This document shows, piece after piece, positions 39,837 to 50,106 of a DNA stretch of 64,000 nucleotides. Under the pieces are notes generated by a model. The model was not told the DNA's origin and did no database searches. It saw nothing but the letters and a program-made list of their open reading frames with translations. The translations under genes were made by a program, and so were the position numbers. Source of the stretch: Patescibacteria group bacterium (GTDB lineage Bacteria > Patescibacteriota > Microgenomatia > UBA8517); contig JBBRBD010000002.1 of assembly GCA_038206135.1 (NCBI GenBank), positions 2,896 to 66,895 of the forward strand. The letters run 5' to 3'. Every line of letters begins with the position of its first letter. Positions within the stretch are counted from its first letter, which is position 1.

Positions 39837-41603
39837 ATGCAAGATCAAGTAAAAGAAGTAAAAGAAAAAACAGATATTGTTGCTTTAATTGGCGAGCATG
39901 TGAGCCTAAAAAAAGCTGGGAGACATTGGAAAGGTTTGTGTCCATTTCACAATGAAAAATCCCCCAGTTTTACCGTTTCACCAGAGTTGCAACTTTATAA
40001 ATGCTTTGGCTGTGGAAAATCAGGTGATGTATTTACCTTCTTAGAAGAATATGAAGGTTTAGACTTTCCAGATGCATTAAAAATTTTGGCTACAAAAGCT
40101 GGGGTAGAGCTTATTCCTCAAAAAGGAATTGAAAGTGGAAAAAAGGAAGGAATTTATGAAGCAAATGACTTAGCAGCTAAGTTTTATCACTACATTTTAT
40201 TAAATGATGTGCATGGGACTAGTTCCTTGGAATATTTTACTGAAAGAAGAGGATTAACCCGAGAAACAATTGAAGCGTTTTCTTTGGGCGGGGCTCCAGA
40301 GTCTCCCCGAATTTTATTTGATTTTTTAACTAAGAAAAAGAATATTAACGCTGATGTGTTGGTGGAGTCTGGACTTGTATATAAAACTGACAATGGCCAA
40401 TATTTCGATAGATTTCGAGGTCGTGCTATTTTCCCAATTCAAAATGCAAGAGGAGCAACTATTGCCCTTGCAGGAAGGATTTTACCAGGGCCAATGGAGA
40501 AAAAATTAGCAAAATACATTAATTCTCCAGAAACACCGATTTATCACAAAAGTGAATCATTGTTTGGACTTCCTCAAAGTAGAGTAGAAATAAAAAAGAC
40601 CGGCGTTGTTGTTGTTGTTGAAGGTGAAGTAGATATGATTTCTTCATGGCAAAATGGTGTAAAAAACGTGGTTGCAATTAAAGGGTCAGCATTAACAGAT
40701 GCACATGCACGGGTATTAAGTCGACTCTCACATACCGTGGTTTTAGCACTTGATGGTGATTTCGCGGGTGGAAATGCAGCAATGAAAGGTATTTCTGAAG
40801 CGCAAAAATTTGGAATGGAAGTTAAAGTAGCAAATCTTGGTAAATACAAAGACCCTGATGAGTTTGCCAGAGCAGATGCCACGGGATATCAAACAGCACT
40901 TTCACAAGCCGTGAACATTTGGGATTTTTTAGTAGAACTTATGTTTAGTCGTCACTCGATTGACACAGCGCAAGGTAAACTTGAACTCTCAAGAGCCCTT
41001 GTGCCATACCTCTCGCATATTCAAGACCCGATTCTCCAAGCTCACTATATACGTCTTGTTGCAGGGAGACTCTCAGTTCCAGAAGAAGCAGTGCGCCGTT
41101 CCCTTCTGAGTTTGCATGAAGAAGTTCCACAGATCGAAACAATAACTGAACAGCCAATTGCTAGAGAAGTGGAAGACCATTCACGTCAAGCAAAAGTTGA
41201 AGAGCGATTACTGCTGCTTATCGCTTCCGAAGGTGGAGAACGGCTAACTGATATATCACGCGATTTACTGGTTACGCGTAAGGCTGGGCGGATTTTTGAA
41301 GAGCTTACCAAGTTCAAAAAAGAATTTCCTACATTTGAGGTTAAAGACTTTGTTTTAAATTTGTCACCAGAGCTGTCGAGCGGATTTATTGACACATTCC
41401 TTGAAGAGGAATATTCTGCGAGTGGAAATTCAAAAGAAATTGATGCACTCATTAAGCAACTGATACAAATGTCGGTGAAACAGGAAATGATTTCTCTATC
41501 TGAAAAGATTCGATCACTTGACACTACCCACAATGAGTCCGAAATTTCGGCATTACAAGTAAAAATTGGGGAATTGACAAAACTCCTTGCACAAAATCAA
41601 TAA
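39837..41603 (+). CDS. dnaG: DNA primase
   Basis: CPFHNEKSPSF/CFGC zinc finger, DRFRGR, KYINSPET, TOPRIM EGEVD and LDGD. Confidence 0.98.
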   Translation: MQDQVKEVKEKTDIVALIGEHVSLKKAGRHWKGLCPFHNEKSPSFTVSPELQLYKCFGCGKSGDVFTFLEEYEGLDFPDALKILATKAGVELIPQKGIESGKKEGIYEANDLAAKFYHYILLNDVHGTSSLEYFTERRGLTRETIEAFSLGGAPESPRILFDFLTKKKNINADVLVESGLVYKTDNGQYFDRFRGRAIFPIQNARGATIALAGRILPGPMEKKLAKYINSPETPIYHKSESLFGLPQSRVEIKKTGVVVVVEGEVDMISSWQNGVKNVVAIKGSALTDAHARVLSRLSHTVVLALDGDFAGGNAAMKGISEAQKFGMEVKVANLGKYKDPDEFARADATGYQTALSQAVNIWDFLVELMFSRHSIDTAQGKLELSRALVPYLSHIQDPILQAHYIRLVAGRLSVPEEAVRRSLLSLHEEVPQIETITEQPIAREVEDHSRQAKVEERLLLLIASEGGERLTDISRDLLVTRKAGRIFEELTKFKKEFPTFEVKDFVLNLSPELSSGFIDTFLEEEYSASGNSKEIDALIKQLIQMSVKQEMISLSEKIRSLDTTHNESEISALQVKIGELTKLLAQNQ

Positions 41604-41649
41604 GAGTATTATACTTGGCCCTAGGCGATAACTCGCTCTTTTCTTCCAT

Positions 41650-42741
41650 ATGAAAAAACCCACCCTTCGAAAACCTGTTGAAGATCTTCACAAAAAAGGA
41701 AAATCTCAAGGTTTCATTACCCAAGATGATATATTGGAAGCATTTCCTGATGCTGAAAAACGACTTGATGAACTCGATGAATTTTACGGACTTCTTTTAG
41801 TCGACGGAATAGATGTGTTCGAAAGTGTTTCCACAGATGATGAATTTAGTGGTAAACAACAAATGACCCTCGACCAAGAAATTGAAATCCTTACTAAACT
41901 TGAAGGTGGTACAGAATCAACAGATCCAGTTCGTCAATATCTTCGAGAAATTGGAAAATATCCTTTGCTTCAGGCAGAAGAAGAAGTCGAATTTGCAAAA
42001 CAATATGAAAAGGGTAGTAAAAAAGCCAAAGATAAATTAATTGAAAGTAATCTTCGTTTAGTTGTTTCTATTGCCAAAAAATATATTGGTAGAGGACTTT
42101 CTCTTCTTGACCTTATACAAGAAGGAAACCAGGGATTAATACGTGCCGTTGAAAAATATGATTGGCGCCGGGGATATAAGTTTAGTACATATGCAACATG
42201 GTGGATTCGACAAGCAATTACTCGTGCCATTGCAGACCAAGCACGTACAATTCGTATCCCAGTCCACATGGTTGAAACAATTAATAAACTGTATCGCACT
42301 TCACAGCGTTTGATGCAAGAATTGGGCCGTGAGCCAACACCAGAAGAAATTGGAAAAGAACTTGAATTGTCAGGAGATCGCGTACGAGAAATTTTCAAGA
42401 TCTCACAAGAGACAACATCACTAGACACAAAAGTAGGAGAAGACGAGGATTCAACACTCGGCGATTTTATTGCCGATGAAAGCCAACTTTCCCCAGTTGA
42501 TCAAGCAAGCAAGCAACTTTTGAAGGACCACTTGGAAGAAGTCCTTTCAACACTTACCGAACGAGAAGCAAAAGTATTGTCGCTTCGTTTTGGATTGGAC
42601 GGCGGACAAGCAAGAACCCTTGAAGAGGTTGGAAAAGTATTCGGAGTTACTCGTGAGCGTATTCGTCAAATTGAAGCAAAAGCCTTGCGAAAATTAAGGC
42701 ATCCTTCACGACGTAAAAAACTCCAGGATTATTTGGACTAA
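41650..42741 (+). CDS. rpoD: RNA polymerase primary sigma factor
   Basis: [56 protein letters not shown]. Confidence 0.98.
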   Translation: MKKPTLRKPVEDLHKKGKSQGFITQDDILEAFPDAEKRLDELDEFYGLLLVDGIDVFESVSTDDEFSGKQQMTLDQEIEILTKLEGGTESTDPVRQYLREIGKYPLLQAEEEVEFAKQYEKGSKKAKDKLIESNLRLVVSIAKKYIGRGLSLLDLIQEGNQGLIRAVEKYDWRRGYKFSTYATWWIRQAITRAIADQARTIRIPVHMVETINKLYRTSQRLMQELGREPTPEEIGKELELSGDRVREIFKISQETTSLDTKVGEDEDSTLGDFIADESQLSPVDQASKQLLKDHLEEVLSTLTEREAKVLSLRFGLDGGQARTLEEVGKVFGVTRERIRQIEAKALRKLRHPSRRKKLQDYLD

Positions 42742-42785
42742 ATTTGTTGTTGTAGAACTAATTTTTCTATGGTAAATTAAATGCA

Positions 42786-42873
42786 GGTGTATCTGCGTTG
42801 AATCTAAGGCCTCTTTGAAATAAGGGATGTTATAAAAGGCTTCGGTCACCTAAGAGGAGCGGATGCACCACCA
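42786..42873 (+). ncRNA. Putative small structured RNA of unknown family
   Basis: GGTGTATCTGC/GCGGATGCACC closing stem with G.U pairs, inner CCTCTT/AAGAGG stem, C(UUCG)G hairpin, 3' ACCA, terminator follows. Confidence 0.5.
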
Positions 42874-42882
42874 GTATTATTT

Positions 42883-42910
42883 AAGCCCAGTTTTTACTGG
42901 GCTTTTTTTT
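42883..42910 (+). terminator. Intrinsic terminator
   Basis: AAGCCCAGT-TTTT-ACTGGGCTT then T run. Confidence 0.85.
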
Positions 42911-43352
42911 ATGAAGTAGCCTCTAAAAACATTTTTGCAGTTTTTGTTTTTAGGAAGCTTTTCTTTATTTTTCTCGATTTCTTCAAAATTTTGTCATAAG
43001 TAAAGTTTTCAATATCGAGTACTGTTCCACTGCAACTACCCACGGTATAAGCCAAAAAGCCTGGAATATTATTGGTTACATCTTTGGCTAATTGCCAAAT
43101 AATGAAGAAGGCAATGAAGTTTTCTATAAATACAACGCCTGCGGCAGCCTTATTTTTGCGTTTAGCAATTAAAGCCGTTCTTTGAGTAATGAGAAACATT
43201 TCGATGAATCCCACCGATAGATAACTGGCAAATTGAACAATTGTGTGCATTTTTGTATTGGTTCTACAGGCTCCAAATGTGGAGGCTCTTCGTCTGGTTG
43301 GTTTAAAAGTATGGTATTCATGGTAAAAATATGAGTATTTTCGCTTGAGCAC
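42909..43352 (-). CDS. Small membrane protein (DUF5698/DUF2179-like; start uncertain)
   Basis: Three TM helices, AAGVVFIE, AYTVGSCSGT. Confidence 0.6.
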   Translation of the reverse strand: MLKRKYSYFYHEYHTFKPTRRRASTFGACRTNTKMHTIVQFASYLSVGFIEMFLITQRTALIAKRKNKAAAGVVFIENFIAFFIIWQLAKDVTNNIPGFLAYTVGSCSGTVLDIENFTYDKILKKSRKIKKSFLKTKTAKMFLEATS

Positions 43353-43426
43353 GAAGTTGAGCTCAGAAACAAATAACTATGAGGTTATTGTAGCCCAAAA
43401 AGAGGGTTTTAGCAACCCGTGAAGAG

Positions 43427-44437
43427 TTATTTTTCGTATCCGTCAGGGTTTTTTGATTGCCAATTCCACGCATCAGCGCACATTTGGTCAAGCGTTTTAA
43501 TGGCTTTCCAACCGAGTTCCCTCTCTGCTTTTTCTGCATTCGAGTAGCATTCCGGAATATCCCCATCTCTGCGAGAAACAATTTTATAGGGAATATCCTT
43601 TCCAGACGATTTTTCAAATGCATCAATCAGTTCTAAGACACTGACTCCATGTCCTGTTCCTAGGTTAAAAATATGAATACCTCTTTGAGTCATTTTTTCT
43701 AAAGCTGCAACATGCCCTTGTGCAAGATCAACAACATGTAAGTAATCTCGTACTCCTGTGCCATCTTTTGTTGGCCAGTCGTTACCAAATACTGAAAGTT
43801 CTGAAAGTTTTCCAACAGCTACCTGTGCAATATATGGCATTAAATTGTTTGGTGTACCTTTTGGATCCTCTCCAATTTTTCCACTTTCATGAGCACCAAC
43901 GGGATTGAAATATCTAAGAAGCGTAATATTCCAGTCAGAATCAGAGACAAAAAGATCGGATAGAATTTCTTCAAGCATAAGTTTTGTTCTGCCGTATGGA
44001 TTTGTTGCGTGAAGGGGGAAGTCCTCGGTGATTGGCACAGTTTTTGGTTCACCATAAACCGTTGCTGAAGAGCTAAAAATAAGTTGCTTTATGTTTTGTT
44101 CATTCATTACTTCACACAATGTGAGTGTCGCGTCAATATTATTTCTATAATAGTGGAGTGGTTCTCTGACAGACTCTCCAACAGCTTTTAGTCCTGCAAA
44201 GTGAATGACAGCTTGAGGCTTTTCAATAGAAAATACTTTCTGGACTTCGGATTTATTTAATAAATCTGTTTTGTAAAAGGAGATCTTTTTTCTTGTAATT
44301 TCTTCGACCCGGCGAAGAGACTCTTCACTGCTATTTATTAAATTATCTATCACAACAACTTCATGGTCATTATTCAAAAGCTCAATACAGGTGTGAGATC
44401 CAATGTAACCTGCACCTCCTGTTACCAAAACTTTCAT
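43427..44437 (-). CDS. galE: UDP-glucose 4-epimerase
   Basis: TGGAGYIGSH, HFAGLKAVGES, YGRTK, LRYFNPVGAH. Confidence 0.97.
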   Translation of the reverse strand: MKVLVTGGAGYIGSHTCIELLNNDHEVVVIDNLINSSEESLRRVEEITRKKISFYKTDLLNKSEVQKVFSIEKPQAVIHFAGLKAVGESVREPLHYYRNNIDATLTLCEVMNEQNIKQLIFSSSATVYGEPKTVPITEDFPLHATNPYGRTKLMLEEILSDLFVSDSDWNITLLRYFNPVGAHESGKIGEDPKGTPNNLMPYIAQVAVGKLSELSVFGNDWPTKDGTGVRDYLHVVDLAQGHVAALEKMTQRGIHIFNLGTGHGVSVLELIDAFEKSSGKDIPYKIVSRRDGDIPECYSNAEKAERELGWKAIKTLDQMCADAWNWQSKNPDGYEK

Positions 44438-44515
44438 AAATCTATTGTATCAAATTGTGTTTTTGAGCCTAAAAGCCTATAATTACATGTTGCTCTAGTT
44501 TGAAAGGACATTTAC

Positions 44516-45280
44516 ATGGGTAGGTTAGAGTTAAATAAAGATCGGTCTGAGATGAACGTCTTTTCTCGTACAGTATTCGACTGTGTGAGCTGGTTTCTTC
44601 GTAATACCAATTCCTCGAAAGATCTTGTAGTGACCGGTGGCCTTGCATATATCCTGCGATTACAGGAAATTGGTATTGAGTCAGATCATGAGTTACAAAA
44701 CTTAGACTTTGTTGTCAGAAATATCAATAAAGTGCAGACCTCTGTACTTGAAAAAGTGTGGCTCGGGTATAAAACCCGTGATTATCTTGCCTTTTTGTGG
44801 TGTGTGTCTCAGCCTGAGTCTCGGCTTAAAATACATGTGTTCACCGATGCATTCCCATTCGTTGGAGAGTCAACTGAGATGATGTTTGATGGTAGCAAAA
44901 TACAGGTTATGACAATTGAGCGCCTATTGGCTCATATCATTTTTGATTGCACTCAAGTAAGTCATTATCCTGTTGATCCAAAGCAGTTTGTGATGGCTCG
45001 CGTATTACTAACTATTGCAGATACGGTAAAACTTGATTCATCTTGGGATCGTTGGTTTCGTGCTGAGTTACATGATTGCTCATGGCAAGTTGCCTGGCAA
45101 AACGCGCTATCTGCTGCAGATAGTAATCCTAATAATGTGGTTATCGACCCATTTGTTAAAGGAAGAGGAATTTTAAAGTCACTGTATTTGATTGCTAAAT
45201 ATGGAACGTTTACCATTCTTGGTGTGATCTATCACACCACAAGTTGGGATGACTTTGGAACAATTTTTCAGGAAAAGTAA
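44516..45280 (+). CDS. Hypothetical protein, possible degenerate nucleotidyltransferase fold
   Basis: VVTGGLAY...NLDFVV resembles the GG...DxD signature (first Asp absent). Confidence 0.5.
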   Translation: MGRLELNKDRSEMNVFSRTVFDCVSWFLRNTNSSKDLVVTGGLAYILRLQEIGIESDHELQNLDFVVRNINKVQTSVLEKVWLGYKTRDYLAFLWCVSQPESRLKIHVFTDAFPFVGESTEMMFDGSKIQVMTIERLLAHIIFDCTQVSHYPVDPKQFVMARVLLTIADTVKLDSSWDRWFRAELHDCSWQVAWQNALSAADSNPNNVVIDPFVKGRGILKSLYLIAKYGTFTILGVIYHTTSWDDFGTIFQEK

Positions 45281-45322
45281 TAGAAAGAAATTCAAACAAA
45301 GCGCGCAACATGGCGCGCTTTT

Positions 45323-45775
45323 TTAATGCATCAAAAACCACGAATGAAACAAATATACAGAAGTGATAATAGTTATAACCGTAATACATTGATTGCAAAT
45401 TTGGAATATAAACCAAATAGAATCGTTATGAAAGATAGTATGAAAGGGGAGTTTTCTTGGATCATTTCTCACTACTGTTGAGAATTGTTCATTAAACCAA
45501 TATATGGTTTCTCCAACACTTCGTACCAGCCAAAAGACAGAAACTATTATTAAAAATAATGTCCAGTCTGAAAGAACAATAGATGCTACAGAAGCTGCAA
45601 ACCAAAAAAATCCAAATATAACTGCATCTCCCCAAACATAAATACCAAGAGGCCATAAAAAAGGAGTTAATCCAAAAGCATTTTTACGGTGCTTACATTG
45701 GTTGAAGGCGACAAACGAAACAACTAGGTTAAAAAGAGCAATCAGTCCGACAAATATGATCTCAAACGTGGTCAT
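45323..45775 (-). CDS. Hypothetical membrane protein
   Basis: Four hydrophobic segments. Confidence 0.7.
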   Translation of the reverse strand: MTTFEIIFVGLIALFNLVVSFVAFNQCKHRKNAFGLTPFLWPLGIYVWGDAVIFGFFWFAASVASIVLSDWTLFLIIVSVFWLVRSVGETIYWFNEQFSTVVRNDPRKLPFHTIFHNDSIWFIFQICNQCITVITIITSVYLFHSWFLMH

Positions 45776-45849
45776 TATTGATTCTATCAGAGTTAACCTT
45801 GAGCCGACAGTGCTTTGAGGGTATAATTCGTGTGCACGTTACTGAATAT

Positions 45850-45921
45850 TCCCCTGTAGCTCAATGGCAGAGCAATTCGCTGTTAACGAAAAGGTTGTAG
45901 GTTCGAGTCCTACCGGGGGAG
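45850..45921 (+). tRNA. tRNA-Asn(GTT), integration site
   Basis: TCCCCTG/CGGGGGA-G acceptor, TTCG-CTGTTAA-CGAA, GTAGGTTCGAGTCCTAC. Confidence 0.95.
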
Positions 45922-45937
45922 CTAAAGACCTATAGCG

Positions 45938-45966
45938 TTGACTTCTCGCTTATCTTGAACTAAAAT
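45938..45966 (+). promoter_or_regulatory. Sigma70 promoter in the right arm of the tRNA-proximal site
   Basis: TTGACT-17-TAAAAT. Confidence 0.7.
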
Positions 45967-46374
45967 CACCGAAATCGTATTAGAGACCTACGCAAAAAGA
46001 AGGCTTTAAAGTAATAGCAGAAATGCAAGGTAATGGTTTTACGATATTGAATAATCGAGTAAATGGTTATTACACAATATTGAGCCACAACCACTCATCA
46101 GCGTCATCCGGAACCGAAACTCTTTATCAAATGAGTAAAGGTACTTTTGGGGTGGAGCAATTCGAATACTTGGATGTGTTTACTAAATGGTATAGACAGT
46201 ATTGATGCTTCCTTCCTTGAGAGTAGTCCCGTAAAAGGTGGTATTCTAAAAGAGATAATGTTGAATTTCTTCTTATGAGCAAAGTACAACAGAGGGTTGG
46301 TACCTTCCTAGAACAGTAAAGTGAGGGGTTAATCCTGTTTACATATTGAATTACCCAAAGCGTAATAACATATA

Positions 46375-47013
46375 TTAATTATGCAAAAAATTCTTGAAAC
46401 TAGGGAATGTCTGTTCTATTGAAGATATCTCTTCCAAAGATAATAAAATTTTAATAGCCTCTATACTTTCTTCTGTTTTGTCTGGAGTGTGTATGACATT
46501 AGAAATGATCATTTTAATTTGTTCTGGCGTAGGATTTTCCATAGATATTTTAGGTACTGGAAGTCTGAGTATTCCACGGATGCCTTTACCTTCTCTATAA
46601 ATCTTTTGAGAACTGAAATCATTGATTTGTTCCCACCCTTTGATCTCTTTAATTGTTTCTAACAATTCTTCTTGTTCAAGATCAGATTTTATTAGAAAAA
46701 AACAAGCTAAGTCTTTACAATATTCCTTTTTCATCGCGGAATAATACTTGGTTCCAATATCTTCTTTATAAAAAACCTCAAATATTTGTTGATAGTCCTT
46801 TATCTCGAGCGGTCTGTAAAATGTTTTTACTATTTGCACTCTTTTTAGATTATCAATATCTCGCTTGTTCAAATGCATATACCTCATATACCTATCTGTT
46901 TTTTCACATAAAATACGCTCTATGGTTATTTCCAAGCTCTCTTTTACAGCATGCGGCTTTACCATCACTAGGCAGAAAGAGTTTTTTTTAATTATTTTTG
47001 AGGTACTTAACAT
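46375..47013 (-). CDS. Nucleoside diphosphate kinase-like protein
   Basis: LVMVKPHAV N-terminal motif, GIRG, NVIHTPD with catalytic-type His. Confidence 0.65.
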   Translation of the reverse strand: MLSTSKIIKKNSFCLVMVKPHAVKESLEITIERILCEKTDRYMRYMHLNKRDIDNLKRVQIVKTFYRPLEIKDYQQIFEVFYKEDIGTKYYSAMKKEYCKDLACFFLIKSDLEQEELLETIKEIKGWEQINDFSSQKIYREGKGIRGILRLPVPKISMENPTPEQIKMIISNVIHTPDKTEESIEAIKILLSLEEISSIEQTFPSFKNFLHN

Positions 47014-47057
47014 AATGTTGTTCGTAACTTGTCTTCCAGATGGTATAATCTGAACTC

Positions 47058-48281
47058 ATGAACATATATTTTACCAAGAAGTCTATAGAAGACCAGGACT
47101 ACGAATTTGTAGAGCGAAAAGGGATAGGACATCCAGATACTCTTTCTGACGCCTTGGCTGAAAAATTGTCTGTTAGATATTCGAACTATACTTTAGAAAA
47201 ATACGGAGCAGTACTACATCATAATTTCGATAAAGTCGGGCTCTTAGGAGGTGCTTCATACGTTACCTTTGGGGAAGGGCATTTAATTAAACCAATTAGA
47301 GTTCTTATCAATGGTCGTGCTTCAACCAGATTTGGTGACGAAGAAATTCCTGTTAAAGACATGTTAATTTCATGGACTAAAGATTTTTTGAAATTAAAGT
47401 TTCCGATGATAGACACAAATAAAGATTTGGAGTTTCATTATAACTTAAGCAATCAGAGCAGCCCCGGTAAGACTGAGGAATTTGAATCGACAAATGCACC
47501 AAGAAAACATTGGTTTGAACCTCGCAAGTTGGAGGATTTGCCCGAATTAAAAAAGCTAGTCTCAAATGATACATCCTTGGGAGTCGGTTATGCCCCATAT
47601 AGCATATTAGAGCAACTTATCTTAGATATTGAAAACACGCTTAATTCAGAGAATTTCAAAAAAGATAATCCTTGGATTGGATCAGATATTAAGATAATGG
47701 GCTTTAGAAATCTTGATAGTTTTGGAATTACGATGTGTATTCCTCAAATAGCGAATCATGTAAAGTCTGCGGAAGAATATAAAAAGAACATGACAAAAGC
47801 GCATGAAACTATTATGCAAATTGCTGAAAAATTAGGAGTAAATAAATTAGAGCTTAACTTTAACACCAGAGACAATTTCTTAACAATGGAATTATATTTA
47901 ACTGCAATTGGTTCATCTATAGAAAGTGGTGACGAAGGCCTCGTTGGACGAGGAAATAGAATAAATGGTGTGATATCTCCAACACGACCAATGAGTATGG
48001 AGGGGGCATGTGGGAAAAACCCTGTTTACCATATCGGGAAGGTATATTATGTCGCGGCGAATGAAATAAGTAAAAAAATTTATCAGAAGTTTAATGTTCC
48101 TTGTGAAGTAGCGTTGATAAGCCAAAGTGGTAGGGATTTGCTTGATCCGTGGGCAATTTTTATTACATTGCCAGAGAATGTAAAAGATACAGAAGAGATT
48201 AAGGAATTAGTAGAAAAAGAAGTTAGTTCAATCCCTAATATTACGAATCTTTTGTTAAAAGAGAAAATTCAATTATTTTAA
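47058..48281 (+). CDS. Archaeal-type S-adenosylmethionine synthetase
   Basis: ERKGIGHPDTLSDALAE, HHNFDK, ESGDEGLVGRGNR, GKNPVYHIGK. Confidence 0.9.
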   Translation: MNIYFTKKSIEDQDYEFVERKGIGHPDTLSDALAEKLSVRYSNYTLEKYGAVLHHNFDKVGLLGGASYVTFGEGHLIKPIRVLINGRASTRFGDEEIPVKDMLISWTKDFLKLKFPMIDTNKDLEFHYNLSNQSSPGKTEEFESTNAPRKHWFEPRKLEDLPELKKLVSNDTSLGVGYAPYSILEQLILDIENTLNSENFKKDNPWIGSDIKIMGFRNLDSFGITMCIPQIANHVKSAEEYKKNMTKAHETIMQIAEKLGVNKLELNFNTRDNFLTMELYLTAIGSSIESGDEGLVGRGNRINGVISPTRPMSMEGACGKNPVYHIGKVYYVAANEISKKIYQKFNVPCEVALISQSGRDLLDPWAIFITLPENVKDTEEIKELVEKEVSSIPNITNLLLKEKIQLF

Positions 48282-48286
48282 TAAAT

Positions 48287-49453
48287 ATGAATATGGAAAG
48301 GGCTGAAAAAAGAAAAACAGAGCCCACTGAACTGAATGGTGATGTTATTGTTCAAGGTTTGGGCTTGGTTTTGGATAAAAACGATAACAACTTTTTTCAG
48401 TTTAAACCTTCGTTTGTCGATCGACCTGCATCCAAAGATGTTTTAAACACAGAGTCACTAGGTAAGCCCGAAGAGTTACAAAAGTACTTTCCAGGAATCA
48501 AATTAGTAGATCCAGACTCTGTTTGCCGACCCACGGGGGATACCACTTTTTTTACTTCTGCAGGCTTCCAACACTTAGAAACATTGATGAGAGAAAACAC
48601 AGAGGTGGATGGGCAGTCCTTTCTTATATCTCAACCTGTAATCAGGAGTCAATTCATGGACAAAGTTAAAGAAGGAACCTCTTCTTCTTTTATAAACTTC
48701 TCTATAGAGTCCGTTGGTGCTAATCCCAGTGAATTTATAACATTAAGTAATCAATTTATTGAACTGTTGGAAGGATTGAATATTAACAAAGAAGATGTGC
48801 GATTCCAAATAGAAAGCAAGCAGGATAAATGGGGTGGTAAAAAATTTACAAAGACAGTATGGACTACTTACATAGATGGCGTTGAAGTGGGAGAAGGCGT
48901 TTACATACATGATTATCCTATTACTCAAGAAGTCAAAGTTCCGATTGCTGATATTGGATTTGGAATTGAAAGAGTGAATTGGGTAATAGGTGCTGAGAAG
49001 CATTATTTTTCAGAGTTCAGTGATTATTATGATAAAGCAGACGAAGATACTGTGGCCTCTGTAATTGACCCCATCAGGACTATGGTCTTAATTGCAGGAG
49101 AAGGGATCAAACCATCTTCGCACGATCAAGGATATCGCTTAAGACAACTATCAAAGAGATTTGTGCAACGAAATCTAGTAACCAATTTTCACTTGGATGA
49201 GTTAGTCATAAGGTCATCTAAATTTTGGGAACAATGGGGATATCGTCCAACTCTTGATGGTGAAGAATTACTTGACGTCATACGCGTAGAGAATGAAAGA
49301 AATTACAATGGATTGTTCCTAGAAACCCTTCAACGGGAAGAGGGCTCTCAGATTTATGTTGACATAAATCAGCCAACTTCTAAGTTCTTTAATCAGTTAG
49401 AATTCTCATTACCAAAACAGATGATCGATACAGTCACTAAGAAATTAAAATGA
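48287..49453 (+). CDS. Stand-alone AlaRS-like catalytic domain (class II aaRS paralog)
   Basis: DTTFFTSAGFQ, SQPVIR, DIGFGIERV (motif 3), GIKPSSHDQGYRLR; no editing domain. Confidence 0.75.
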   Translation: MNMERAEKRKTEPTELNGDVIVQGLGLVLDKNDNNFFQFKPSFVDRPASKDVLNTESLGKPEELQKYFPGIKLVDPDSVCRPTGDTTFFTSAGFQHLETLMRENTEVDGQSFLISQPVIRSQFMDKVKEGTSSSFINFSIESVGANPSEFITLSNQFIELLEGLNINKEDVRFQIESKQDKWGGKKFTKTVWTTYIDGVEVGEGVYIHDYPITQEVKVPIADIGFGIERVNWVIGAEKHYFSEFSDYYDKADEDTVASVIDPIRTMVLIAGEGIKPSSHDQGYRLRQLSKRFVQRNLVTNFHLDELVIRSSKFWEQWGYRPTLDGEELLDVIRVENERNYNGLFLETLQREEGSQIYVDINQPTSKFFNQLEFSLPKQMIDTVTKKLK

Positions 49454-50106
49454 AAAAAGGAAAAATAATAATAAGTGGAGGAGGGGATCTTGATGTTAGT
49501 TCAGTAATAGATAAAAGGTTTTTCTCATTACTTGGGCAAAATTCCAAGATACTATATATTCCCATTGCATTGAATAGAAGCACGCTGGGATATGAGTCTT
49601 GTTATGATTGGTTCTCGACAGTCATATCTAAGCACGTAGGCAGAAAAGAGATTGATTATACAATGTTGTTGGAAGGGGATGTCGTTCCAGATTTGCAATT
49701 ATTTAATTCAATTTATATTGGTGGTGGAAATACCTTTAAGTTATTAGATTATGTAATAAGAAGTGGTCTAGACAATAAGCTTCTTACTTATTTAAAAAAA
49801 GGAGGAATTGTTTACGGGGGAAGCGCCGGAGCAATTATCCTTGGAAAAGACATTAGAACTGTTAAAGAAGAAAACAATAATAACTATTCTCATCATAAAG
49901 GTCTGGATTTGTTGGGAGGCAGATCTCTCATTTGTCACTATAACAAAGGACTCGATGTTGATATCTCTGAGTCATCAAAGAATTTAAAAACAGAAATTTT
50001 GGCACTGTCTGAGGAATCCGGTATTGTACTTAATTTAGATGGAAACATAAATGAAAAGGTAGGGACTGTGACTGTTTTTAATGGTGAAAATAAATATCTC
50101 CTATGA
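49450..50106 (+). CDS. Peptidase S51 (dipeptidase E-like)
   Basis: YIPIA, IYIGGGNTFKLL, GGSAGA nucleophile elbow. Confidence 0.85.
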   Translation: MKKGKIIISGGGDLDVSSVIDKRFFSLLGQNSKILYIPIALNRSTLGYESCYDWFSTVISKHVGRKEIDYTMLLEGDVVPDLQLFNSIYIGGGNTFKLLDYVIRSGLDNKLLTYLKKGGIVYGGSAGAIILGKDIRTVKEENNNNYSHHKGLDLLGGRSLICHYNKGLDVDISESSKNLKTEILALSEESGIVLNLDGNINEKVGTVTVFNGENKYLL

